Below are positions 10,109 to 19,722 of a stretch of 64,000 bases of DNA, one piece after another (position 1 is the first letter of the stretch; every line of letters begins with the position of its first letter). The position numbers and the translations under genes were made by a program. Source of the DNA: a virus. Under the pieces are notes generated by a model, which was not told the DNA's origin, searched no databases, and saw nothing but the letters and a program-made list of their open reading frames with translations. The stretch lies in IMG/VR virus record IMGVR_UViG_3300035171_000016, positions 64,001 through 128,000 of that record; one strand, given 5' to 3'.

Positions 10109-11380
10109 ATGCAGGTATATAGAATTTTTAATAAGAAAAATGGAAAAAGTTATATAGGTATAACAAAATGGACATTTAACGAAAGGTACCCACAATCAAA
10201 ATGGTGGAAATGGACTCATTCAAATCATTTAAAAAAAGCTGTAAAAAAATATGGTATAGAGGAGTTTGCATACGAAATATTAAATAATTCATGTAAAAAT
10301 GACAGTGAATTAGTAGAAATGGAAAAATTATATATTAAACAGTACAATTCATTTATTCCGAATGGATACAATTTAACATTAGGAGGAAGCAATCAAAAAA
10401 AAGCGACTTTAGAAAAAGAATATGAATTAATTGATGCTAACGGTACATTGTATAAAATTAAAAATATGTCTGATTTTTGTAGGAAAAACGGATTTAACTA
10501 TGGTTCAATGCTTAATATGGTATCTGGAATAAATAAATCATCTCATGGTTTCGCACTATCTACTACAGACAAAGACGACATAATAAACCCCAACCAAGAG
10601 TGGGAATTAGAAGAAATTAAAACGGGAAAAATTTTTAAAATAAAAAGAAAAAATATTAATGATTTTTGTAAACAAATTGGAGTAAGAAATGATTATATTT
10701 ATATGTTGGTAAACAAAAAGGTATATGTTTCCCATGGATTTAAACTTAAAGAGACGATATTAGATGGAGTAAAAATAAAAGAAGATAGGTTAAAATATAA
10801 AAATATAAAATTTATAAATCCCAAGGGTGAGGAAGTGATTATAGAAAACCTTTATAGATTTTGTCAAAAAAATCCTAATTTAGAACGAGGCGGTTTTTAT
10901 GACTTAATAAATAATAAGTCGCTAGAATATCATGGGTGGAGGTTGCCATATCAAGAAAAAGAATTTAAAGAACTAAAGCAAAAAAGATATGGAAGATTTT
11001 TAAAATTAAAAAATATAATTACTGGAGAAATTTTTGAAATTAAAAACGTATCTAAATTTTGTAGAGATAACAATATAGATATAAATATATTTAATACAAT
11101 GATTAATGGAAATATTAAACAATATATGAATTATGCTATTCCAGAAACAGATTTGACAAATTACAAATACCCTAAAAAAGTTATTTTTATATCAATAATA
11201 AACAAAAATGGTAGCGTTTTAGATGGTCGTAATGCAAAAGATATAGAAAAAAGGTTTGGTATTATGACATCTCAATCAATACAAGATATGATAAACAAAA
11301 AATATGCCTCAATTAAGGGATGGAGAATATTAAAAGTTAAATACAAAAATAATTATTATCCAGAAATAGATAATTCTTAA
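10109..11380 (+). CDS. GIY-YIG homing endonuclease with five NUMOD1-like repeats
   Basis: VYRI.N..NGKSYIGIT, E..YI..YNS..PNGYNLT.GG, then five FC...HG[FW]-type repeats. Confidence 0.88.
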   Translation: MQVYRIFNKKNGKSYIGITKWTFNERYPQSKWWKWTHSNHLKKAVKKYGIEEFAYEILNNSCKNDSELVEMEKLYIKQYNSFIPNGYNLTLGGSNQKKATLEKEYELIDANGTLYKIKNMSDFCRKNGFNYGSMLNMVSGINKSSHGFALSTTDKDDIINPNQEWELEEIKTGKIFKIKRKNINDFCKQIGVRNDYIYMLVNKKVYVSHGFKLKETILDGVKIKEDRLKYKNIKFINPKGEEVIIENLYRFCQKNPNLERGGFYDLINNKSLEYHGWRLPYQEKEFKELKQKRYGRFLKLKNIITGEIFEIKNVSKFCRDNNIDINIFNTMINGNIKQYMNYAIPETDLTNYKYPKKVIFISIINKNGSVLDGRNAKDIEKRFGIMTSQSIQDMINKKYASIKGWRILKVKYKNNYYPEIDNS

Positions 11381-12168
11381 TCTATATAAACTTCTGGAAT
11401 AGGAATATTTAACCTATTATAGTATTCTTCGTTAAACTTTAAATGGCCGTTTTCCCATTTATAAGAACATCCGTATCCTGATTTAAAATGTTGTTCATGG
11501 TATAGTACTTTATTGTAACTATTTTCATTATCTAACCAAGTTAAATGTTTAACTCCTCCGTCTAAAAAACTGGCGGGAATTGATTTACTGCTAAATAATT
11601 GATAGTTTAATAACTCTCCCTTTTCTTTATCTTCATATATCACATCATTATCAAAATAAAAATTATATAAAGATTGGTTAGGTCTAGGATTTACTCTAAA
11701 TATTCTCGGAGGACAAAACCCGGCTATCCATTCTTTTCCAGAAAAAATATAATTCTTAAATGGTATTCTTACCCAATCATAAAACTTATTATCTTCTCTG
11801 TTTATATACTCAATAATTTTTTCTATTTGATGCTCTGTATAATACTCATCCGATAAATCTAGTAGCCATATAATATCACACTTTTCATCAAGTAAATGCT
11901 TTAAAGCAATGTTTCTTGCCTCGCTTTCTAACATAGCCATTTTAGGAGCTTCTAAAAATTGAATATAATTTATATTTTGATACCTTTCAAGTAGTTCAAC
12001 TGTTTTAGAGTTGTCTTGATTAATATTTAAATCTTCATATTCTTTAAATTTTACAGAAACGAAAGAAAATACTAAATCTTTATTTTCTGCCGTATTAAAC
12101 CACGGTTTTAATCGCTCTCCTAGCTTGTCGTCACAAGCATACCCGCATCCTAGAATTCCAATTTTCAT
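11377..12168 (-). CDS. Glycosyltransferase family 2-like
   Basis: ARN.AL...IWLLDLSDE, PPRIFR, KHLTW. Confidence 0.7.
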   Translation of the reverse strand: MKIGILGCGYACDDKLGERLKPWFNTAENKDLVFSFVSVKFKEYEDLNINQDNSKTVELLERYQNINYIQFLEAPKMAMLESEARNIALKHLLDEKCDIIWLLDLSDEYYTEHQIEKIIEYINREDNKFYDWVRIPFKNYIFSGKEWIAGFCPPRIFRVNPRPNQSLYNFYFDNDVIYEDKEKGELLNYQLFSSKSIPASFLDGGVKHLTWLDNENSYNKVLYHEQHFKSGYGCSYKWENGHLKFNEEYYNRLNIPIPEVYID

Positions 12169-12186
12169 ATATATAAAAAGTCAAAT

Positions 12187-12393
12187 TTAAATATTATTTT
12201 TTGATTTTAAACTATTTTCCAAACAATTTAAAACAAATTCTCCTACTTGCTTTTTTGTAGGTTTTTTAGATAAATTTAAGTTATTTTGGACTATTAATTC
12301 AAACTCTTTGTTATAACTAAAGCTTACGCTAGCAGAGCCATCTTTATTCTCTACAATTTTTTTCACTAAAATAGACGGAGTTTTATTCTGCAT
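12187..12393 (-). CDS. Hypothetical protein
   Basis: ORF; ENKDGSA motif common in small phage proteins. Confidence 0.6.
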   Translation of the reverse strand: MQNKTPSILVKKIVENKDGSASVSFSYNKEFELIVQNNLNLSKKPTKKQVGEFVLNCLENSLKSKNNI

Positions 12394-12595
12394 AAACTAA
12401 AGCCTTACCATCTTTAATTACAATATTTACAGAATTAGGAAAATCTTCTCTTTTTAGTTCTATTTCAAAGATTCCATTTTTTCCTAGTTTTTTTGCAATA
12501 ACTCCTAAAATAATAGATTCTTCACTCCAATATTTTACATTAGAGGTATATTTTAGTTCAGTATTTGCATCAATTATTTTTTCTGATTGGTTCAT
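12383..12595 (-). CDS. Hypothetical protein
   Basis: ORF in operon. Confidence 0.55.
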   Translation of the reverse strand: MNQSEKIIDANTELKYTSNVKYWSEESIILGVIAKKLGKNGIFEIELKREDFPNSVNIVIKDGKALVYAE

Positions 12596-12626
<31 letters not shown>

Positions 12627-12630
12627 TATA

Positions 12631-13563
12631 TTACTCTTTCGAGGAAAATTCCCATATATATCCTCCGGCAGACTTTGTTTTGTATCCACTTTTATCAATT
12701 TTGTTGTTACAGCACCTACTTATTGATGACCTATCTATTTTACAGGCAATAGAGGCGTCTAAAGCACTAAACCAAACATTAATTACATTTCCAGTTTTAA
12801 TATCTATTTGTTTTACTGGAATACTTCTATTATATAAAGACATTTTCCAACCAATTCTTAGTCCAGAAAGCTGCCTTTCAGAAGCTTTTATTCCTAGTTT
12901 TGATTTACTTATTTTATTCTTAGCTTCTTCCGAATGGTGCTTGCCAGACCAATGCGCCTCATTTTTTCTGTAATAGTCTATATTTTTATCAGAAATTATT
13001 TTTTTGGTTTCTTCTGTATGATTTTTTCCATAAAACGGATTCTTTTCTTTAAATCTTGCTGATTTATACTGAGGATTTTTTTCTTTTCTCCAACTTCCTA
13101 ACCTAATCTTATTTTCTGATATTTTCAATTTAGTGGATTTCTCCATTTTTGACATATCTACAACTTTTTGTATATTTAACAATTCATATTCTCCATTAAA
13201 TTCAAAAAAATCTATCCAATTTTGCTCTCTATTTCTTAAATATTCTATAGAATTGTTTATATCTATTTCTTCCAAAATTATATATATAAAATCTACGCCA
13301 TACTTATTAACATAATTTTTTATCCTGTCATTTGAGTGTTTTTTGTGAAAGATAAAATAAGAATGATTTTTGATTCTTTCGTTTAAATTAATCGTGCTAC
13401 CTATATATAGTCGTCTCTTGTTATTTACTTTTATATCGTCAGAAATACCCAGTAAACAATAAATATAATATTTTTCATAACTATGAATATCGGGCTGATA
13501 CCTATAATCGTTATGAAATTCTACATTAAATTTTCTATTATTGTATATTCCATTTTTTATCAT
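12631..13563 (-). CDS. GIY-YIG homing endonuclease with NUMOD3/NUMOD1 motifs
   Basis: YIY...LYIGST.NL.ER, REQ.WID, NPFYGKNHTEETKKIIS, GKHHSEEAK.KIS, SAGGYIW. Confidence 0.9.
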   Translation of the reverse strand: MIKNGIYNNRKFNVEFHNDYRYQPDIHSYEKYYIYCLLGISDDIKVNNKRRLYIGSTINLNERIKNHSYFIFHKKHSNDRIKNYVNKYGVDFIYIILEEIDINNSIEYLRNREQNWIDFFEFNGEYELLNIQKVVDMSKMEKSTKLKISENKIRLGSWRKEKNPQYKSARFKEKNPFYGKNHTEETKKIISDKNIDYYRKNEAHWSGKHHSEEAKNKISKSKLGIKASERQLSGLRIGWKMSLYNRSIPVKQIDIKTGNVINVWFSALDASIACKIDRSSISRCCNNKIDKSGYKTKSAGGYIWEFSSKE

Positions 13564-13578
13564 ATCTATATTATTATA

Positions 13579-14487
13579 TTAGTTTTTTATAGTATTTAAA
13601 ATATTATTTGCTATACTTTTATCACAAAATATATCTAAGTATTTAATAGAGGTGTCAATCAATATCTTTTCTAAAGATATATTTTTATTTATAATATAAG
13701 ATAATTTTTCACTCATATCATATAAAGATGCACGACATATAAACTCGCTAGGACAAAACTCTAACGATGTTGACATATCTTCGCAACATACAACTGGAGT
13801 TTTACACGATAACGATTCTATAAGTGGGAGATTTAATCCTTCCCATTTAGAGGTAATCAAAACAGCCGCACAGGTATTGTACTGTATATTTAAATCCTCA
13901 TCGCTTAATACGCCTAAATAATTAATATATTTCTTGTAATGTAATTTATTTGGCGGTAATATATTACTTGGGTCTTCGGGGCCAACTACGTTAATAATCC
14001 TTCCGGTAAATACTGCTAATTCTAAAGCAATATTAAATCTTTTATTAGGGTCATTCTGTCTCCCTATAGCTAATAAATTACTATTTCTTTCTAAATTTAA
14101 TGGCCTAACTGGTTTAATGGGCTGATAAATAATAGGAATCCCTCTTTTCTGTAGCTGTGGAAATATATTAATCATCTGTAATCTAACCGTTTCGGAAATA
14201 GTAGTAACAATATCCGCCGAGTAGAAATTATTATTAAGGTTAGCTATAATATCTCTTACTTCTTTACAGTGAAAAGGGATGTCCAAAATATTAAGTATTA
14301 ATTTAGCATTAGGATATTTCTTTTTTAGCTCTATTCCTTCTAAATGATAACCGGCGTCATTAACATAAATAATATCTGGATTAATATCAGTTAGTTCATG
14401 GCCTAAACTTTTTAGGCCCTTATCAATCCTATTTAGCTGGCATAGAATATTTCCTCTAGCACCTAATGTTAAAATTTTGTAACTCAT
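13579..14487 (-). CDS. Glycosyltransferase family 4 (GT-B)
   Basis: GR..D.NKR, YLG.LSDEDL..YN, SKWEGLNLPLIE...C.TPVV. Confidence 0.85.
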   Translation of the reverse strand: MSYKILTLGARGNILCQLNRIDKGLKSLGHELTDINPDIIYVNDAGYHLEGIELKKKYPNAKLILNILDIPFHCKEVRDIIANLNNNFYSADIVTTISETVRLQMINIFPQLQKRGIPIIYQPIKPVRPLNLERNSNLLAIGRQNDPNKRFNIALELAVFTGRIINVVGPEDPSNILPPNKLHYKKYINYLGVLSDEDLNIQYNTCAAVLITSKWEGLNLPLIESLSCKTPVVCCEDMSTSLEFCPSEFICRASLYDMSEKLSYIINKNISLEKILIDTSIKYLDIFCDKSIANNILNTIKN

Positions 14488-14747
14488 TTAGGAAATAGAT
14501 AGTTATAAAAATCAATAAAAGTATTTAATTTTCTTCCATTGTTCCAAATACTTGTTGAATATGTACAAATATAACTTTCCTGTCTAAAATCGTGCTCTCT
14601 CTTATCAAAGAAAAGTTTAATACTTCCTAAATTATGAAGATGTTTAATAGAATTCCAAAAACGCATTCTGCTTTTATATTCGTCGGTTTCTTTCATTTTG
14701 TTAAACTTTTGTACAAAATTAAGTTCTTTTTTATTTTTGGTTTTCAT
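14484..14747 (-). CDS. Hypothetical protein
   Basis: ORF in operon. Confidence 0.55.
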   Translation of the reverse strand: MKTKNKKELNFVQKFNKMKETDEYKSRMRFWNSIKHLHNLGSIKLFFDKREHDFRQESYICTYSTSIWNNGRKLNTFIDFYNYLFPK

Positions 14748-14991
14748 TGAAATTGGCAACTACTTTTAATGTTGTGTTTTCTAGGTCATGTAAATTAAAT
14801 AAAATATTAATCATTCTGTCCAAGGCCGCGCATTTTAGAGTTCCAAGCTTAATTATTTTTTCATCAGACCAAATATTTTGAATAGCATAGTCGGCCAATT
14901 CTTTATAAGACCATTTAGAAACCTCTTCGCTATGCTTTAGCTCTTTGAGAGCTAGTTCTGTAAATTTATTTATATTTTTTTGTTTAGTCAT
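14731..14991 (-). CDS. Hypothetical protein
   Basis: ATG at 14991 (MTKQK) right after the upstream stop. Confidence 0.55.
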   Translation of the reverse strand: MTKQKNINKFTELALKELKHSEEVSKWSYKELADYAIQNIWSDEKIIKLGTLKCAALDRMINILFNLHDLENTTLKVVANFNENQK

Positions 14992-14992
14992 A

Positions 14993-15208
14993 TTAATTAA
15001 AATTACAACCGTTTTTATGGGCAACATGCCCGTCATCATAAAAAATATAATTTTCTGGTTTATTTTTTAAATCTTCTTTTTTAATAGAAGAATTACATTC
15101 GCAACAATAACTATTTCTAGCTCTAAAGTCTATTTGGTCGTATCCGGCGCGAAATTCTTTAGTACTGATAACCGCTGGCTGGGGAGTTCCTAATTTATCA
15201 AGTGGCAT
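14993..15208 (-). CDS. Small Cys/His protein
   Basis: CCEC...HKNGC. Confidence 0.55.
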   Translation of the reverse strand: MPLDKLGTPQPAVISTKEFRAGYDQIDFRARNSYCCECNSSIKKEDLKNKPENYIFYDDGHVAHKNGCNFN

Positions 15209-15210
15209 AA

Positions 15211-15486
15211 TTAATGAATTATTAACGATTTATCTTTTTTAATCCATCCTAGCTTTTCCATTTCCTGCGGTTTTAGAATGGATATATCTGTCCCAGTTTT
15301 AAGAACTAAAAAAGAAATATTTTTTTCTTTAAATTGTTTACCGTATATTTGGTGAAGAGCGGCTATGGTTTTAGCAATTAAATCGTTATACTCTTTAACC
15401 CTAAAAAGAATTATAGAATTATTAACCAAATTATCTACGTCAATAATAGATTCTACGTTTATATGGTTATTAATATTTTCTTCCAT
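15211..15486 (-). CDS. Hypothetical protein
   Basis: ORF in operon. Confidence 0.6.
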   Translation of the reverse strand: MEENINNHINVESIIDVDNLVNNSIILFRVKEYNDLIAKTIAALHQIYGKQFKEKNISFLVLKTGTDISILKPQEMEKLGWIKKDKSLIIH

Positions 15487-15487
15487 A

Positions 15488-15679
15488 TTATGATTCGTCC
15501 TTCATCCTATATTCTTTTAATTCCGCCTCTATCTCAAAAATCCTTACATTATCAAGTTCTCTGCAATGATTAAACGCTTTTAAAGCAACTCTTTTTAGAA
15601 GGTTTTCTATTTTGGGGTCTTGCGTAATAGCGTCTTCAAATTGACCAAACGATTTCCAGTATTTATCAAAATCTCTCAT
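15488..15679 (-). CDS. Hypothetical protein
   Basis: ORF with TTGACA-17-TAATAT promoter. Confidence 0.65.
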   Translation of the reverse strand: MRDFDKYWKSFGQFEDAITQDPKIENLLKRVALKAFNHCRELDNVRIFEIEAELKEYRMKDES

Positions 15680-15723
15680 ATAAATATATTATAGTATAAT
15701 AATTAATTTGTCAATTTAAAATT

Positions 15724-16260
15724 TTATCTGAATTCTTCTCTTAATAGTCTAAATCTATCAGAATCAATTTTTTTCTCTCCATTATTTATTTTTTTTATAA
15801 CATCAATAGCTTCCTCAATAGAGGAATATATATATTTATGAGGAAGGACTCCATACATCCATTTTGGACATAAATCTTTACCGCCTTCTATACATAAAAA
15901 TATAGGTTTTTTCATTCTGTTTGCCCAGAAAATTTCTTCCCATGTTCCACAGGTATTATATTTAGGATTTATATAAACAAAAACAAAATCACATAAATCC
16001 ACACACCTTAAATCTTCGGCTCTAATTTTTTTGACAATTTCTGATATTTCATCATATTTGCCTTCTTTCATTAGTTCGTCAAGCTTAGCCCTAGCATCAT
16101 TGTCTTCTTTGCTAGAATTTATAAAAGGATGATTATATGGATTAAAAATAATAATACCTAATTCTTTTAAAGAATTACTAACAAATTCTCTCCAAGAAGA
16201 GCCGTCCATATACTCCATTTGGCCAACTAAGTAAACTCTTGTTTTATTTAATAGATTCAT
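15724..16260 (-). CDS. Nucleoside 2'-deoxyribosyltransferase / nucleotide N-hydrolase family
   Basis: VYLVG.M....SWR, FNP, DL..VD.CD, GT.EE...A..MKKP. Confidence 0.85.
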   Translation of the reverse strand: MNLLNKTRVYLVGQMEYMDGSSWREFVSNSLKELGIIIFNPYNHPFINSSKEDNDARAKLDELMKEGKYDEISEIVKKIRAEDLRCVDLCDFVFVYINPKYNTCGTWEEIFWANRMKKPIFLCIEGGKDLCPKWMYGVLPHKYIYSSIEEAIDVIKKINNGEKKIDSDRFRLLREEFR

Positions 16261-16305
16261 TCCTATATAGGATAATCTATTTCTAGGTTTATGTCAAGAT
16301 AGAGT

Positions 16306-16749
16306 TTAACTCCTATCTTCTTTGTAGGCGTGCCAACCACCAATTCTTACGCCTTGATAGATAGCGTCTCTTTGTGCCTTCTCTAGCTCTGTAAGGCTAT
16401 TAGAGACGCTATTCATAGCCTCTAGTAGTAAATCATTACATTTCTCTTCTGTAAGGTTGGCAACCTTTGTAGTCCCGTCATTATTAACTATTAGAAGTGT
16501 ATTTTGAAACCCGCAATCGTGAAGATAAAATGGTCTAGCAAATAGACCAAACGGAACCAAAAACAACGGAGGGCCCCATAGCGGAGACGGAATAGAACCT
16601 AAATCAGAGGGCGCATATTTAGGTAATCTATAATGAGTTCCGTCAATAGCAATATAATCCTCGTCTTCTAAAAGCTTAAAATTACGAAAATCTCCAGAAG
16701 TTATTGTTTTCCAGTCGCAATTAAGAAATCCATGAAATTTATTGTCCAT
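16306..16749 (-). CDS. DUF1353 family protein
   Basis: SDLGSIP, LHD, CN.LL.EAM, YQGVR.GG. Confidence 0.75.
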   Translation of the reverse strand: MDNKFHGFLNCDWKTITSGDFRNFKLLEDEDYIAIDGTHYRLPKYAPSDLGSIPSPLWGPPLFLVPFGLFARPFYLHDCGFQNTLLIVNNDGTTKVANLTEEKCNDLLLEAMNSVSNSLTELEKAQRDAIYQGVRIGGWHAYKEDRS

Positions 16750-16765
16750 ATTAATTATTACACAA

Positions 16766-17269
16766 TTAGAACCTAATTCTAAACCCAAAAAATTGTTTAA
16801 ATACCGGATACGTTAAAGATGAATACGAATCAATTTCTCCGCCGGTTTCCATAAAAATATATTTACCTCTTATTTTAAAATAAAGAGGAGTTTGATAGCA
16901 TATTCCAGTTCCTACAATTCCTATAGCTCGGTGGTCTTTTAAAGAAAAACCCGCACCACTTATTAAGTATATTTCAAACTCTCCAATATTACTATCTATT
17001 TTCTGTCCAATACTGGCGTTACCAGATGATTGATATAGTTGATTATCAATATAATCCAAAGAAATGCCAAATTTTATTTTTGGCTTATAATCATACATTA
17101 GCCTAGAGCTTAGTCCATACTTTCCATGATAATAATTAAATCCAGATTGTAGGTCAAAGTTAGTATATGTTATACTTGGCGGTATATTTGTTGTAGAGTT
17201 TTGAGAATAACAAGATATACCTAAAAATAAAAATAGGCAAAACGGTAAAATTTTGCCTATTAATCTCAT
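16766..17269 (-). CDS. Exported beta-strand-rich protein, possible small outer-membrane barrel
   Basis: Signal peptide, alternating G/aromatic strands, C-terminal GFRIRF. Confidence 0.55.
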   Translation of the reverse strand: MRLIGKILPFCLFLFLGISCYSQNSTTNIPPSITYTNFDLQSGFNYYHGKYGLSSRLMYDYKPKIKFGISLDYIDNQLYQSSGNASIGQKIDSNIGEFEIYLISGAGFSLKDHRAIGIVGTGICYQTPLYFKIRGKYIFMETGGEIDSYSSLTYPVFKQFFGFRIRF

Positions 17270-17281
17270 GTACTTTTTAAA

Positions 17282-17560
17282 TTAAACCTGCTTTACCCAT
17301 TCAGGCCCCGAAAGAAGGTCTCCGGCTAGAATTTTATATACTCTAGCGAACTGTGCGGCTTGAGCCTCTGGCGTAATTGTACCGCCAGCAGGAATTAGAG
17401 AGATAAGAGATACTAACGATTGAGCGGCACTTACTCCTAACTGAATATTTTGTGCATTTCCTTTGGCGGCAGGTACATAATTTTCTACTACTGGTAGTAA
17501 AGAATTAATTGCGTTCAAAAGAACCTGTGAGTCAACTTGAATTGTTGTGGCGTCTGGCAT
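17282..17560 (-). CDS. Hypothetical protein
   Basis: ORF; amphipathic helices. Confidence 0.65.
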   Translation of the reverse strand: MPDATTIQVDSQVLLNAINSLLPVVENYVPAAKGNAQNIQLGVSAAQSLVSLISLIPAGGTITPEAQAAQFARVYKILAGDLLSGPEWVKQV

Positions 17561-17568
17561 ATATTTTA

Positions 17569-18081
17569 TTAGTTATTTGTTGAAACTGTTGATAGAACAG
17601 TATTTATGTTAAATGATGGATTATTTGTAGTAACAGTAAGAATAGAGGTAAAGCTATTAGATACTGGTGAGGACGAAGCAATATTGGAAAAATATTGTGA
17701 CTGAGCAACTAGAATATTAACTTGAGACTGTAAGTTATTGCTTACATCGTTAAAGTTTCCAGCCGGACTATTGAAATACTTAATATAAAGGTCACGAGCC
17801 TTTTTAACATCAGCTAAGGCGGTAGGGGCACCGGCTCTAATTTGATTAGCTACGTTAAAAATTTCAGGACTATTTGTTTTAATAAAGGCTTGATTTTGTG
17901 TTTCAAATACTAGAAAGGCATCTACTACTTGATAAGTTCTTACAATCGTAGAATCAATATTGTATAGATAAGTATCTCCCTTATATACTCCTGTAGTATC
18001 TAAATTTTTAGTTGTAGCACAGCCTAGAAATAAGGCTGAAAGAGTTATTGCAGATATAGCGGTTAAAAAAGTTTTTTTCAT
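17569..18081 (-). CDS. Putative lipoprotein
   Basis: MKK plus hydrophobic stretch plus lipobox FLG-C. Confidence 0.8.
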   Translation of the reverse strand: MKKTFLTAISAITLSALFLGCATTKNLDTTGVYKGDTYLYNIDSTIVRTYQVVDAFLVFETQNQAFIKTNSPEIFNVANQIRAGAPTALADVKKARDLYIKYFNSPAGNFNDVSNNLQSQVNILVAQSQYFSNIASSSPVSNSFTSILTVTTNNPSFNINTVLSTVSTNN

Positions 18082-18159
18082 ATATTTTATTATACACGGT
18101 TATGGATAAAAGTAAAGAAGTTTTTATTTAAATTTAACTAAAAATAACTACTATAAATA

Positions 18160-18534
18160 GTGATTAAATCATTAGTAGATACTAGAACCATAAAAGAGGT
18201 AAATAATACCATTAATTTATACTCTTACGAAAGAATATTAATTCAGCCTAATACTAAAAAAATAATTACTCTACCTTATAAAAGAGATAATTTAGATAAA
18301 TATCTTAATTTTGAATTAGATAGGTTTTTAATCCTTAATGGATTACAAGTTTTATGGACTAATATAAATGAAGAGTCTTCAAAGGGTTGTTTTGAATTTA
18401 TATTATATAATAATAATTTAGATAAAGAATCTTTAAATTATTTTAGAGATAGTCCACTGGCGCAGATTGTCGGAAGTAAAGATAAGATAGATATATTAAG
18501 CAATACTTTATTAGGTAAAATCTATATTAATTAA
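18160..18534 (+). CDS. Degenerate dUTPase-fold protein
   Basis: I.I.P.....I, .GL.V...I....KG..EF.LYN pattern; catalytic RS and D motifs absent. Confidence 0.45.
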   Translation: MIKSLVDTRTIKEVNNTINLYSYERILIQPNTKKIITLPYKRDNLDKYLNFELDRFLILNGLQVLWTNINEESSKGCFEFILYNNNLDKESLNYFRDSPLAQIVGSKDKIDILSNTLLGKIYIN

Positions 18535-18692
18535 TATTTTGGCTTAATACTTACCATTTTTTTATACTCGTTCCATTGAAAATCAGTCATTGGCCCCGTT
18601 GCCTCTTCGACTTTTTTACGCTTTTTATCGTCTAAGTTTTTTAGCTTTTGCGGGGTTTCCATGTTTTTCTTTATTATGTAGATTTTTTTCAT
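18531..18692 (-). CDS. Small basic hypothetical protein
   Basis: ATG at 18692 overlaps the upstream stop (ATGA). Confidence 0.5.
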   Translation of the reverse strand: MKKIYIIKKNMETPQKLKNLDDKKRKKVEEATGPMTDFQWNEYKKMVSIKPKY

Positions 18693-18832
18693 TTTATTCT
18701 TTTCCATCCTTCTGGTACTGGAACTCCGTCCTGCCAATATTTTTCATATTTAGTTGATATTTCCTGAATAATAATCCAATAAACACAAAATCCATCGCTT
18801 ATTCTTTGTATAAATGGTGTCAATTTATTCAT
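18689..18832 (-). CDS. Small protein (47 aa), not in ORF track
   Basis: MNKLTPFIQRISDGFCVYWIIIQEISTKYEKYWQDGVPVPEGWKRIK; ATGA overlaps at both ends. Confidence 0.55.
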   Translation of the reverse strand: MNKLTPFIQRISDGFCVYWIIIQEISTKYEKYWQDGVPVPEGWKRIK

Positions 18833-19722
18833 TTTCTTACCACTCTTTCGTCTTTAAGATTTTCATCTTCAAAAAACTTGCGATATTGTTTGAATCCTCT
18901 ATAATTACCAATAAAATCGCTAGAATCCATAGCTTGCGCGACGTGTTCGGTGGGGCTAAGATGTCTAGGAATGTTGCCAAATAATCTATCGCATAATTTA
19001 ATATCTGCTTCATAATCATCTTTACCTTCATAGTTAAAATAAGAAACCCTTGCACAGCGAGCAACCGCTATTTTCTTTTTTGCTTCTACAGATTCGTTTT
19101 CTAGCCAATATGAGTCAAAAATCTGTAATTTATTTAATTTTAAAATTAAGCTTTTTAGTTTAGAATCATCTATGCCATTTCCAAACGGGATATGCCATTC
19201 GCCAGTTTTTAATTTTTTAGGCTCTGATTTATTATACTGTTCTAGCATTAAATTAGCTAAAAATTGTAATTCGGGCTGGGCGTCTTTGTGGACTCTTAAA
19301 GCAAAAAAGTTTTCAAATTCGGTAGCCGAAACAATAGCTCTAACATACATAAAATTTTCAATCATTCTATTAACATATTGTTTATGTAGGCCTATAGACA
19401 ACAATTCTTCGGCACTATGTATAGCTCTATCCCTAGCATCCAGCCATGCCAATTTAGCAATTTTCTTAGATTTTTCATCCAATTCAATGTTACTTTGCAT
19501 TCCAGGTTGATTTTTTCCCCAAAACTCTGGCATAGCAGGGTTTGCTTTTATCATTTCTATCATTTTTTCTATTGGAATAGCTCTTGAGCTAGCTACGTTA
19601 CGAGAAAACATCCTATGAGTATTTATCTCTGCTAAAATCCATCTAGGAAACTCTAAAATAAAAGTTGTAAGACGGTTTCCGTGTGTGTTTATAGAATCTT
19701 GGATTATTTCAGATTTTATCAT
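18829..19722 (-). CDS. thyX: Flavin-dependent thymidylate synthase (phage type)
   Basis: PR.ILAE.NTHR.FSRN.ASSRAIP, HKQ..NR, FF.LR.H.DAQPE, ARCARVSY, HLSP.EH. Confidence 0.92.
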   Translation of the reverse strand: MIKSEIIQDSINTHGNRLTTFILEFPRWILAEINTHRMFSRNVASSRAIPIEKMIEMIKANPAMPEFWGKNQPGMQSNIELDEKSKKIAKLAWLDARDRAIHSAEELLSIGLHKQYVNRMIENFMYVRAIVSATEFENFFALRVHKDAQPELQFLANLMLEQYNKSEPKKLKTGEWHIPFGNGIDDSKLKSLILKLNKLQIFDSYWLENESVEAKKKIAVARCARVSYFNYEGKDDYEADIKLCDRLFGNIPRHLSPTEHVAQAMDSSDFIGNYRGFKQYRKFFEDENLKDERVVRK

